From: Sarea resinae
Taxonomy: Eukaryota
Direction: 5' to 3'
Assembly: GCA_026026165.1 (NCBI GenBank)
Contig: JAPEUD010000060.1
Location: 1 to 64,000, forward strand
Length of the DNA stretch: 64,000 bases
This document shows positions 53,550 through 64,000 of the stretch, in pieces. Under the pieces are notes generated by a model. It searched no databases. It saw only the letters and a program-made list of their open reading frames with translations, and was not told the origin of the DNA. Numbering within the stretch: the first letter of the stretch is position 1; each line of letters opens with the position of its first letter. The position numbers and the translations under genes were made by a program.

Positions 53550-54470
53550 GCTGACTAATAACTATATATCTCCTATCTAATAGTTATTACTGCTCTAGCT
53601 GTCTGCTATATAGGCATTATTATCGCCCTTATTAGGAATATAGCGGCCCTAGGTAGCGTCCTACACAAGTTTATAACTGTATTCCTAGAGATAAAGCGAA
53701 TAAGAAATTAGCCTAACTGCATTCGCTAGAGACCCTTGCATAGCTGCGACGCTAGTTTTAACAGTCGCTAGGTCTCTCTCTATTACTACAACATAAGCAG
53801 CTAAGCTATCTACCTAGGTGCCTATAGCATTAACAGAAGCTGTTAGGCTAGTTATCTAGGTCCTAAACTAGGTTATAACAGTCTAGAGCTAGTTAATAGT
53901 TAGAGGTAGGCTAGCAATAAGCGTGTTTAAAGTAGTAATAGGACTAGGCGCGCTACCTAGACTAGAAGTAAGAGCATAAGTGCTGCAGCCTCTAGAGAGA
54001 GAAAACAGGACTAGTAAGAAGAGAGTATTAGTAGGACCTCTAATAAGTGCACAACAAGGTGTAGAAGGTAAGAGCATAGTCTGCTTATAGCAACGCTAGT
54101 TGTATTAGGCAGCGAATCTGTCTGCAAAGGGCTTTAGATTAGCTGTCGTTTTAGTCTCTATAACAACCTCTTAGAACATAGCACAGATCGCTGCAGCCTT
54201 ATAGCTTATGTCATTAGGTATCTGTTAAACGTTAGCTTATAGCTGATTAACTGCTAGATAAGAGAAAGACACTTACTACCTAACACTCTTTCCTAATCTA
54301 CATGCAATAGGCACACTTTTAGCTAAATACATTGTTACTTTCCTAGCAGACATAGGGCTAGTTAAAGGGTAAACAATGCGCCTAGCTAAGGCACTTAGTG
54401 CACTAAGGGGTTGCTTCTATACTACTAGCCCTAATTGTATCAGCTTGTTTAGCTAGAGATAGCATAATAA
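53550..54470 (-). pseudogene. Antisense, intron-containing ORF with a Cys6 zinc-binding-like motif in the 3' region of chromovirus C
   Basis: Minus strand reads CTKC....VC....KCAYCM*IRKEC (~54285-54403), then an intron at 54222-54276 (gtaagt...gctaac...cag). ORF 53889-54077 overlaps the downstream exon region. Confidence 0.65.
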
Positions 54471-57400
54471 AACTAGATAATAATCAGCTATTAAATAGTA
54501 ATAGGCTAGCTATCTAGTAGAAGTTACTAGACAATAAGATTGTTAAAGAAAAGTGTTAGATAAGAAGTTAAGATAAAAAGCAGTACAGTAGTGTAGTTGT
54601 AGGTAGTACAAATGCTAAGTTAGTAGTAAGGATATAATAGTTAAAGAGATAATTCCTACCTAGAAATCGCTGCAATATATGCTAGAGGTAAACAAATAAG
54701 TAAACAACTTAGGACTAGGTAGTGAATAAACAGCATCTGCATAACAGACAATAGCATTAGCTAAACAACAATAAGATTATAAGCACTTTATTCACTTCTA
54801 CAATTATAACAAACGCTAACCTACAACTAACAAACAGCTAAGGAACAGACAATAAACAGCTAATAAAGAGCGAAGCTATTCCTAGACTCTTTGTTTACTA
54901 TCCTTTATGCAGCCCTAAACAATGCCTTTGTCCTCTACTATAATGTTATACATCGCGAGCTTTAAGGGTCTAAAGCTATAAGGAGAGAGATAGTTGTTAG
55001 AGGCGCTACACAGCTTAGGTCGCTATATGTGGCTGCTGCACTACTGCAGTATAGAAAGCTATAGAATAGCATAGAACTAGAATAGAGTCACGTGAGCAGA
55101 GTAATAGAGGCTGTTAGACACTAAAGCGACTCCTACATAGGAGGCCTTAAATGCTAGAGGTTAGAACCTTAGCATTTAACTCTATAAGGATAGTAGTTAT
55201 TAAAGCATAGAATCTATATACAATTGTTACCTACTAAGCTATAGGCATCCTGCCCTTCTCTACTTAGCTAGCTACTAGCTGTACTATAGGTAGCTACCTA
55301 TTAGCGTTGTTTAAGCAGCCTACCTAATAGACCTGTCTTATAGTTATTCCTAGGCTTTCCTAGTATTATACTTCTTAGACAGCATGTTAATATATTAGGA
55401 CTATTAATAGATAAAGAAAAGCTTGCAGCTATTGCTAAACTAGACTTCCTTTATATACTAGAGGACTTAGAAAAGTATCTTAGGTTTACTAAGTAGATAA
55501 GACAATATATACTATACTATATAAAAGCAGTAGAACCTCTCTAGCAATAGAAAACAGAGCTGCTTAAGCTTACACTAGCTAAAGGATTTGTAAGACACTA
55601 TTTTACAACTAAGACAATTGTAGAAAACCTAACAGACTAAGAGAAGGCCTTATATAAGATAATCTAAGGCGTCTTTATAACACTAATATTCTTAGTACAC
55701 TTTGTGATTGTATAACAATTATATATTAATATAGATACGTTAAAGGAACGCGGTTTTAGAGTTGTTATCTACTATATTAAAGGAGAAAAGGCAGACTTTA
55801 GACGCAATAACATAGAACCTATAATGTTCCTTAGTAAATTGCTCTCTAATATAGAGTCTAGGTACTAGCTAACTAAACTAGAAATAGCTGCTTTAGTATA
55901 GACAATACATAAGATACAGTATATAGTAGAGGTATTACAGCAGCTAACTATTATATTTACTAACTATATTTCTAGCACAGACATTGCAAAACAGACTATT
56001 CTTATATCCTTAAATACTAACTGTATTAACTTATATCTTATAAGAGCGTCTTAGTACCTTTCTTAATTCTAACTTAACATTTGCTATAAACTAGGCAAAG
56101 AGTATATAGCACCTAATTACCTCTCTAGACTAAGGCAGCTAGGAGATTCTACAAGACAATCTAATACACTAGGCAAGCTAGAAAACCTTAATATTACTCT
56201 CTTTATATATGTAATTTCCCTTGTTAAAATAAGCGATAACTTTAAATAAAGACTGCGAAATAGCTACAACATAAACAACTAGTAGAAAAGAATAAAGGAG
56301 TCTATTGCTAAAGATAAGTTGTATAAGAATAATACTAGTCGATTCCTAGTCTAAGACAATTTGATATACTTTTATAGAGAGTAGTCTAACTAGCTATATA
56401 TACCTAAATCGCTTAAAGCTAAGCTATTCTACATAGCGTATAATAACTACAGTTATACTAGAGTAAATAGATCCTTCTATTATCTAAACTTAATTGTATT
56501 TATAAACTAATTAGCTAAGAAACTGCGTTCTTATATAGCTTACTGCTATAAATACTAACTTAACTAGACTAAGAGATATAGTCTATATAGATCGCTCTAA
56601 TCGATAATAACAGTACTAATACCTTTTTATACAATAACTATAGACTTTATCTAGGGTCTTTCTATATTAGAAAAGGAGCTTAATATAGTCCTTATAGTAA
56701 CAGATAAATTCTCTAAAAGGCTCACGCTATTACTAAGAAACACGTACTATAAAGCTGCTAATTAGGCAAATACACTAGTTAACTAACTACTTGTTGCTAA
56801 TTAGAGTATTCTATCAGCTATTATTTTAGATCGCGACCTAAAATTTCTCTCTTAGTTTTAGCAAACAACGTTTAAACAAATAGGAGTTAAGCTACTAATA
56901 AGCGCTATATATCACCCCTAAACAAATAGTTAGAGCAAACGTATAAACTAGACAATTAAGATAGCGCTGCAGTTTGCACTCACTAGTGTAAAACCTAAAG
57001 AACAGAAAAACTAGCCTAAGTTCCTTCCTATACTGCAGGGAAATATAAACAACGCTGTTAACACAACTATAAGAAAATCGCTAAACAAAATAATATACAG
57101 ATTTTCGATTAATAAAAGGCATAGGAAGCTTAGCCTATTAATAGAGGATACAGATTTTATAAGAACCTATAAAATAGAATGTAAAGACATAGCAGATATA
57201 ATAACATATATAAACGCTGTGTCTAAAATCAGATATAATAAACAGCATACCCTAATTAACCTTAGAGAAAGCGATAAAGCCTTTCTTAAATTGCACTATA
57301 GCTATGTTATACTAGGACTCTAACTAAGAAAATTCACTAGGCAGCGAATCAGCCTATTCACTATTAAACGCAAGATTAGAAAGCTTGCTTACAAAATAGA

Positions 57401-57949
57401 TTTCCCTTCTATTTTTAGAATTCACCTAGTAGTTTCTGTAATGCAATTAGAACTGTCACTATAAAACGCGGATCTATATTAGCAGATTGTGCCTAATAAA
57501 TAATATCCTCTACCTATTAAAGGCGACAAACTAAATAGGACACTACTAGACTCTACTCTACCTTATAAGATAGAAAGCCTCTTTAACAGACGTGTCTTAC
57601 ACTATAGATAAGGCTGTAAGGAGATAGTTTAATATCTAGTGAAATAGTTAGGATATAAAGAACATTACAATGTATAGTACAACCTAGAAGACTTGCAAAA
57701 CGCACTTAACCTTGTTAGGGCCTATAACGCTAAGTACAGCTACTACTAATAGAAAAGTAGCTATATTTACTAGACTTGCATCGCTATTAACTACAACAAT
57801 ATTGTTCTACTATTACTATTTCACTTTACTCTTGCATTTACTGCACTAAGAATTTGCTTAGTAGTAGAGCAACATATAATTCTATTACAAACAGCTTTTG
57901 CTAACTCTCTTATATCTCTCTTACAACTTATTATCTAATCTCTTTCTCT

Positions 57950-59200
57950 TACACAAGATAGCAACGCTATAAGCTTAACTACTAGCTACTACTCTAATAG
58001 TTGCTTATTAAAAGGATATTACTTTGTCTTATTCTAGCCTTTAGTAAGAAGAAGATAGCGACAAGCTAAACGTTATATTTGCAAATTACCTAGACCTACC
58101 TGCAAGCTAGGGCTTGCTAACCTATACATATAACAAATAGCGCTTATATAACAAGTTTATAGTTTAGAGCCCTACTACTAACTCTCTATACAATGTATAT
58201 CTAAGTAATAGCAATGTCGCTAAAGCTATTAAATAGCTCTTACTAAAGGATTATAACAACTGCTATCTAGCAGACTTTAACAGCGCTAGTAACGTGAAAA
58301 TCAAACGTCTTATTACAGATCTACTTGCTAAGGTCTACCTTAACAGAGTCTAGTTCTTCTAGTCCTATATAGATATTGTTGTTCTATACAGATAAGAAGG
58401 CCTATATAAAGGTTGCACTTTAGAAGGTAGCTACTCTTACTTAATAAGTAGAAAGGTTAAACAGCTCTTTATAGATTGTTTTATACCTTATAGCATTTAG
58501 AGCAGCATCTCTAGACAGAACTACAATAAGCTTGCTTACCTAAACAGTCTACTGCTAGACTTAGCTCTAATAGCTAATGTCTCTTTAATTAATAACATTG
58601 TCTATAAAGCAAACAACAACTTAGAGACAACTGTAAAAGCAAAGAGACTGTAAGAGGATAAGACCTCTAAACCTAGAGTTTCTTTACTATATAAGTGTAT
58701 ATAGGTATATACACTAACGCTTCTGCTACAGCTAAGCCGCTAAAGTTAGTTCCTATTAATCTCTATAGCTATCCTAAAATCGCTTATCTATACTAAACCT
58801 AAGGTCTATTTAACAACAAATACAATAGCACCTCTATAAAAGAAGGTTAGATAGCTTAAAGAGGAACTTGCTAAAACAAAGCATTAGCTAGCAGAATTAA
58901 ATTGTTACCTCTACAAAGCACAACTAAGTATCAAACGCATTGCTATCTAAAACGCTAAGATAAGAGTTACTTTACACTCTACACTTGTATCTATTCTTAG
59001 CAATTTTAATGACATACTTACTAGCCTTATTACTGTATCTATAAATATTAACTAGGACGCTAAAAGGAACGCTATACTTGCCTCTTACTACACAGGCAGA
59101 AACAGCACTAACTTTAGGCGCTAGCTCTTTAAAGAGATTAAGAAGGTTTATAACAACACTAGAAAGTTGCCTAATAAGGAAATTAATAAGGGCGTTAAGT
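57950..59200 (+). pseudogene. Extra sense ORF remnant between chromodomain and 3' LTR of Gypsy B, product unknown
   Basis: Long codon-like frame (NVAKAIK*LLLKDYNNCYLADFNSASNVKIKRLITDLLAK..), with an intron-like segment at ~58691-58731 (ataagt...actaac...cag). Confidence 0.5.
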
Positions 59201-59649
59201 CTTAAAGAAAAAAGCAGGCAATTGTTAGGAGTAAGCGTCTAACTATATAGCGTGTATTATGTATATAGCGTACTTATATATCTATAGCTAGTTTAACTTG
59301 CTTAAAAGCAACTAGAAGATATAGTTTTAGCAAAGAAGAAGAGTTTTACATGTATATCTACCTATAGGCTTAACATAGGTGTACTATATAGGTCTGCTAG
59401 AGTTTATACTTTTTCTAGGTAAGAGCGATATAATAATTGTGCTTAGAAAGTCCTATCCTAATATAAGCTTAATATAAAGGTGTGTGTTAATTAACATATA
59501 TATAGAAATAGAAATCACTGCCTTATCTACCTATATTAGTATAAATGTATAGGTTGCCTATATACTAACACTAATATTACCTAACTAATAACTTAGTCAC
59601 TCTTTAGACTTTTAAACTCACCTCTATAAATATAACGTGTAAAGCAATT

Positions 59650-62600
59650 ACCTACACTATTACATGTATAGTAACAACTACTAGAGGATATTGCAATATT
59701 AAAATGCTATATATATAGTTATAATACAACGCACTCTCTATAGTTAACTTTATATATAAGACGCTACAATCTACTGTTATTTAAGAAACACAATAAACAC
59801 TAAAGTAAAACAGCAGATATTAGCTCTATAATTAATAACAACACTAATAGCTACACTAACTGCAATATTCTAGCAGATATCTATAGTAAGATAGATATTA
59901 ACTACGCTAAAGATTAACTAGATTATAATAGTAGTTAGTTGTTAGATAGAGTAGCTTATAAGACTACGCTATATATACAATCACTAGCAAAGCTTATAGC
60001 TATCTAGTTAATAGCTTATCTATTAGTAGGCAAACTATATAAATTGCCTAATTAATTGAATAAAAGACACAATATATACCTTAGTTAATCTTAGGCGCTA
60101 TTTAATACTACTAAAGACTATAGACTAGCGTAGTAGTTTCTACAGAATAATATTACCTTAACTGTAATTAATAAGTTCTTTAATAACAACATTATAGGAT
60201 AAGACTACTCTAGTTTCTAATCTATATATACTCTGCATTAAAAATTAGATAGGATATTAACTATACTTAGAACGCTAGGTAGAGAATAAGAAGAAATATC
60301 TTTCTTAAGGTATTATAATTAGAAGATACAGATATATCTTAAAGATCTCTTAAGATATATTTTGTTTCTACTTAGACACCTATACTTTAAAGAGGCGCTT
60401 GTATATTTGCCTATAAAATTATATAGAGAATAAAATACTTAACTATACTTAGATATATATACTAGGAATTAGTAGTAGCAGACTTAGGTATATAAATCAC
60501 ACTTATCTAGTATTAGATATAGTGCTAACTATCTACTAAGATACACTGCCTAAAAACTCAACACTAGTCCTAGTAATCTATATATCTAACAAAACTTATC
60601 TAACTAATTTCTTAGGCGATAAGCATATATAGCTAATATATCTTATAATTAGTAACTTACTAAGCACGCTTTAAGCTAAACCTTTATTATAAGCGACTAT
60701 TCTCTTAGGTCTTCTACTAGTTTATCTAAAGCAAATTAAAGCGAATAATGTTTAAGAGCAGAATTATTATTATTAACTATACTATAATAGACTAGATTAG
60801 GCCCTTTAGACACTTAGAAAGCTAGGAGAGAATAGTATACAGATACTATATATAGATAGTTATACCTAGAATTATTTTCTACAGCTTACTAAGGTAGGTA
60901 GGTAGCTAACTATAAAGAGGTTGTTACAATATACAGTATTATATAAGGCTACTATCTAGTATATAAATGTCTATAGGCTAACCTTAGTTATTGTCTAGAA
61001 GATAATAACTAGATAGTAAAAGACTTAGCAAACTACTAGCGACTTCTAAGAGAGAGTAATATATAAACGCTAGAGTAGAAAGGTGTTAGAAAGACACTTA
61101 ATAGCCTCTAGTTTCTACTAGGTGTTAACATCTATAATCTGCTAAAACTAAATCTACTGTATTAAGTTTATATAGGTATACTATAGCACTTTCTAAACTA
61201 GCTAGCAGTATTTCTACTTCTATATAAATAACTAGACACTTTTAACTCTCTATAGACTATAATGCTAGTGTATCTAATTTTTAGTCTGCTAACTAAGACC
61301 TATCTCTAGATATTATAGTAGTAAGAGAAAGAAATATAGAATGTAGTGAAATTCTTAGTCTCTATTACAGCTATATTATTAGCAAATCTATCTATATAAT
61401 AGCACTAGGATTTTAAGCAAGCAATAATATATATACAGTCTTTTATTAACTTTATCTTCTTTATATAACTATATACTTATAACAATAAAACCCTTATATA
61501 TATAGACCTTCTACTAAGTGTCTTCTATAAATACAAAGCTATTTTCTAGAGATTTTATACTAATAAAGGAATAGTAGCTATAGCGCACTTAGCATCCTAA
61601 ACAATATATACTATAGTATTATAAAGAGCTTTATAAAGAGCTTCTTAGCTAACAGCTAATAGAAAGCAAAAGCAGAAACATAGTGTATATTTTAATAAGA
61701 GTTAGAGGAAAGAAGATAGTATATAGTAGGCAAAGGATTATATAAAAGAAGAGGCTCTAAAAGCAAGTGCATATTTTAACTTCCTTAAGATACATATTAT
61801 TAGTCACTATATATCTATAATTAGATAATTTAGGTCTCTTTATAGCTTCTCTACTAACTGTTTAGAGGCTCTCTACTAAACAATAGTAAAGTTAGGCTAG
61901 TAAGCATTAAATTATTAACATACTACTCTATAGATATTAAAATACTATAACTAATATTTCTATTTTAAGGCGTGTAAGATAGCTATAGAGAGGCTATTAT
62001 CTCCTAATACAATACTAATATTAAATACTAGATTACTTATTCTTAAAGGTTTTAACAGATATCTAATGCAATTATTAGAACAAATTATAAAACTAGGTCT
62101 ACTAGACTTTATAATTGCCTTGCTAATATTTATTAAAACATTGTTTAGTAAATATAGTCAGCTAAATATTAACTAGCAGACATTAAACTTATATATAAGT
62201 AGCTAGCTTATAGATAGAGTATCTTCTACAATATGTTTCTAAGAGGCAAATAATAACTATAAAGATATATTAGAGTTAACTATCTAATGTATAATATTAT
62301 AGCAAAGTGTAGGTAGAAAAAACAATTAGGTTTAAGTAAAAGATAATATATACTATCTAGAGAGACATAGTATAGCTAATAGATAGGCGCTAGTTAGCAC
62401 CTATCTATTAGCTTAATATTAATTTCTATTAAGTCTTACTATACTAGGGTTTGCTCTAATATTACTAGCTTTAATTACTTAGGTATAAGCTAAATAACTA
62501 GAGAGTTAAGATATAATACATTGTCTACCTATTATTAAAAGGTTAGATAACATAGCTACTTATAGTAAAGGCTATCTAATAACTAATAAGGAGTGTATTA

Positions 62601-62722
62601 TACATGTTAAAGATATAATAGAGCTAAGTTATATAATTAAGATACCTTCTAACAGCTTAGATTATAAAGAACATTTCTTAGTAAACAAATATATTAACTA
62701 GGAAATATACTTTACTAAATAG
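59650..62722 (+). pseudogene. Plavaka transposase remnant
   Basis: TRN***QT at ~60461 corresponds to TGxWWW. After an intron, DTLPKNSTLVLVIYISNKTYLTNFLGDKHI*LIYLIISNL corresponds to SDKTHLTNFSGDKxAWPxYLTIGN. ANYKE at ~60905 corresponds to ADYxE, LNLLY*VYIG at ~61148 to PDLLHQ, FNFLKIHY at ~61775 to FNFPKxH, and the terminal FLVNKYIN*EIY is present. Start is approximate. Confidence 0.9.
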
Positions 62723-63250
62723 ATTTTAGAAGTTAATAGAAGTTCTAGTGTAGCTTATATAGCTTATATAGCTTATATAGTACAAAATCAACTGCCTAAT
62801 ATTATATAGCTGTTAGTAGATACTATATAGTATAGATAGTATATATAAGTTCTATAGAGATATTATAACAAGTATCTACTATATATAACCTAATAACAAG
62901 TATATAGAAGACAATGTATATCTATATAGAGATGTATTTACCTTTATATCTACTAGTAGACAAGTATATATACTATAATATCACTATACAACGCTATAGA
63001 TATACTGTAGCACTACTATTTATATAGAACTAGTACTATATACTATGTATCTACACTATATCTATATAGACCTCTTCTCTTTTTGCTGATATAAGAGGCT
63101 ATATAACTGCCTAGAGACTATAAAGACTATAGATCCTAGTCTTTTTAAGTGAAAAAGAGAAAGTTCAACTCTTTTTCAAGGGAATTTCAGTGGCTATAGG
63201 TGAAAAAGCCATAAAATTATAGGAGGATAGGCTTCTTTAGTAGGCTATTA

Positions 63251-63262
63251 AGGCTTATAACC
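63251..63262 (-). promoter_or_regulatory. Copia primer-binding-site-like motif
   Basis: Minus strand ggttataagcct directly after the LTR end is a RIP derivative of the ggttatgagccc motif typical of fungal Copia elements. Confidence 0.75.
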
Positions 63263-63790
63263 TGTTAGAAGGTAGCACAAAAATAAGTAGAGGAAGGTGC
63301 TAAAGAAGTATAGTATAGAATAATTATATATTATAAACTTAGAGATTCTAGCTATAGAGGATATAGACTTAACTAACTTACTAGAAACTTCTAGTAATAA
63401 GTAATTATATAAGTGATTTGTAAGCAACAGGCTGACAATGACATATGCTTTATAAGAAAGTTAGGAGATAGTTGTGTAACCCTTATGTTATAGAGTTCTA
63501 TAGATATCTAAGAGATTCTATAGATATCTAGATAGTAGGTTCTAGAACTCTCTAGAATGTTCTAGATGCTTAGTCAGCATATAGTGATGCTTAGTCAGGA
63601 TACTACACTGCTTAGTCAGCATAGTTATAGAATCTTTAAGAACGTTCTATAAGATTCTATAGGGTTATACTATGTTCTATTAGCTTCTATAGGTGTGTAA
63701 AAGCTTCTAGAAGGATCTATACTGTTTTGTAACAGTCTGTAACAGTCTAGATACTTAAGAGTGACTAGAATTAAGGTTATAATTCTAACA
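63263..63790 (-). repeat. 5' LTR (528 bp) of the Copia element
   Basis: Bounded by tgttagaa...ttctaaca, with internal gcttagtcag repeats x3 (~63568-63620). Homologous to 1-143 and 63791-63848. Confidence 0.85.
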
Positions 63791-63848
63791 TACACTATTA
63801 CTTCTTTAGCACCTTCCTCTACTTATATCTTTATACTACCTTCTAACA
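63791..63848 (+). repeat. 3' tail of another LTR of the same Copia family
   Basis: cttctttagcaccttcctctacttatatcttt..ctaccttctaaca matches 96-143. Confidence 0.88.
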
Positions 63849-64000
63849 AATGTCTTAAATCTCTTAGGTGATCTAAAGTCTATAAATCTCTATGTCAAAA
63901 TAATATTATAATTTCTATAGGCTATATAGCACTACCTATAGGGCGAGACTTTCTAACAAGTCATATAGCCTAGTTAGTGTAACGCCAACTATTGATTGCA
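63849..64000 (+). mobile_element. Partial second copy of the TA-TSD TIR element (inverted relative to 30449-31450)
   Basis: 63883-64000 is the reverse complement of ~30752-30865, including the tRNA-like A-box gtcatatagcctagttagt. Confidence 0.85.

Larger units (their letters stand above)
47947..55342 (+). mobile_element. Full-length Ty3/Gypsy chromovirus C (7.4 kb) inserted in the RT of Gypsy B
   Basis: 348-bp LTRs (47947-48294, 54995-55342), 5-bp TSD gttat (47942-46, 55343-47), PPT aaggagagaga at ~54980. The host RT rejoins as TK|LFLGFPS. Confidence 0.96.
44420..57750 (+). pseudogene. gag-pol: gag-pol remnant of Gypsy B (interrupted at 47947-55347)
   Basis: Protease INLGYSMSLIN at ~46435 corresponds to IDSG. 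RT YINNII at ~47832 corresponds to YIDD, and RNase H LYINIDTLKERGF at ~55720 to DASKERGFG. Integrase at ~56400-57100, and chromodomain YKIESL..YLVK*LGY at ~57565-57720. Confidence 0.9.
43393..59375 (+). mobile_element. Ty3/Gypsy chromodomain LTR retrotransposon B (~8.6 kb without its insertion)
   Basis: 153-bp LTRs (43393-43545, 59223-59375), 5-bp TSD taggt (43388-92, 59376-80), PBS-like tagtatta (RIPped tggtatca), and a purine tract at ~59204-59220. Confidence 0.94.
32530..63091. mobile_element. Large Plavaka-type (CMC/CACTA-related) DNA transposon, ~14.6 kb without nested Gypsies
   Basis: TIR cattagcaaaaagaga at 32530 and tctctttttgctgata ending at 63091, each flanked by TA. The inverted repeat may instead extend to 32514/63108. 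Short subterminal repeats at both ends, and a Plavaka transposase remnant inside. Confidence 0.82.
144..63790 (-). mobile_element. Ty1/Copia LTR retrotransposon (RIP-degraded), split into four segments (144-2543, 29055-30448, 31453-~32529, ~63094-63790) by nested insertions
   Basis: On the minus strand the order is LTR, PBS, gag, zinc knuckle, protease, integrase, RT, RNase H. The reading frame rejoins across the hAT junction (..ERINRTL|LNKVRAL) and the TA-element junction (..KDIN|LEKIFAQLID). Linkage of the 63094-63790 segment is inferred from orientation and PBS. Confidence 0.85.

Noticed and set aside
1..64000. Alternative genetic code, organellar DNA, or Starship element
   Set aside because: The stops are explained by C>T/G>A changes, also seen between LTR pairs. 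No tyrosine-recombinase captain or host-like cargo was recognised.

Overview
The window is AT-rich fungal (filamentous ascomycete-type) heterochromatin with no intact host gene. It consists of transposable elements degraded by repeat-induced point mutation (RIP): TpA excess, CpA/TpG loss, and Trp/Gln/Arg codons turned into stops. Nearly all 64 kb resolves, through exact target-site duplications (TSDs), into one minus-strand Ty1/Copia element (~5.6 kb of its own sequence visible; 5' LTR 63263-63790) carrying three insertions. (1) A hAT transposon (2544-29046, 8-bp TSD) holds a second hAT (4188-23594, 8-bp TSD), which holds an 11.8-kb Ylt1-like Ty3/Gypsy (11494-23254, 4-bp TSD). (2) A 1-kb TA-TSD non-autonomous TIR element (30449-31450) contains a tRNA-like Pol III module. 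(3) A ~14.6-kb Plavaka-type DNA transposon (~32530-63091) holds a chromodomain Gypsy (43393-59375), which holds a second chromodomain Gypsy (47947-55342). The best candidate for an undescribed system is a large extra ORF in the Ylt1-like element, between integrase and 3' LTR, whose de-RIPped translation looks like a PhyH-like 2-oxoglutarate/Fe(II) dioxygenase (HxD...H). Other notable points are intron-containing cargo genes in both hATs, a ~550-bp foldback with a palindrome array between divergent genes, a second divergent Plavaka-like paralog, and extra ORFs in both chromoviruses. All protein calls come from manual translation with RIP mentally reverted, and ORF ends are approximate.
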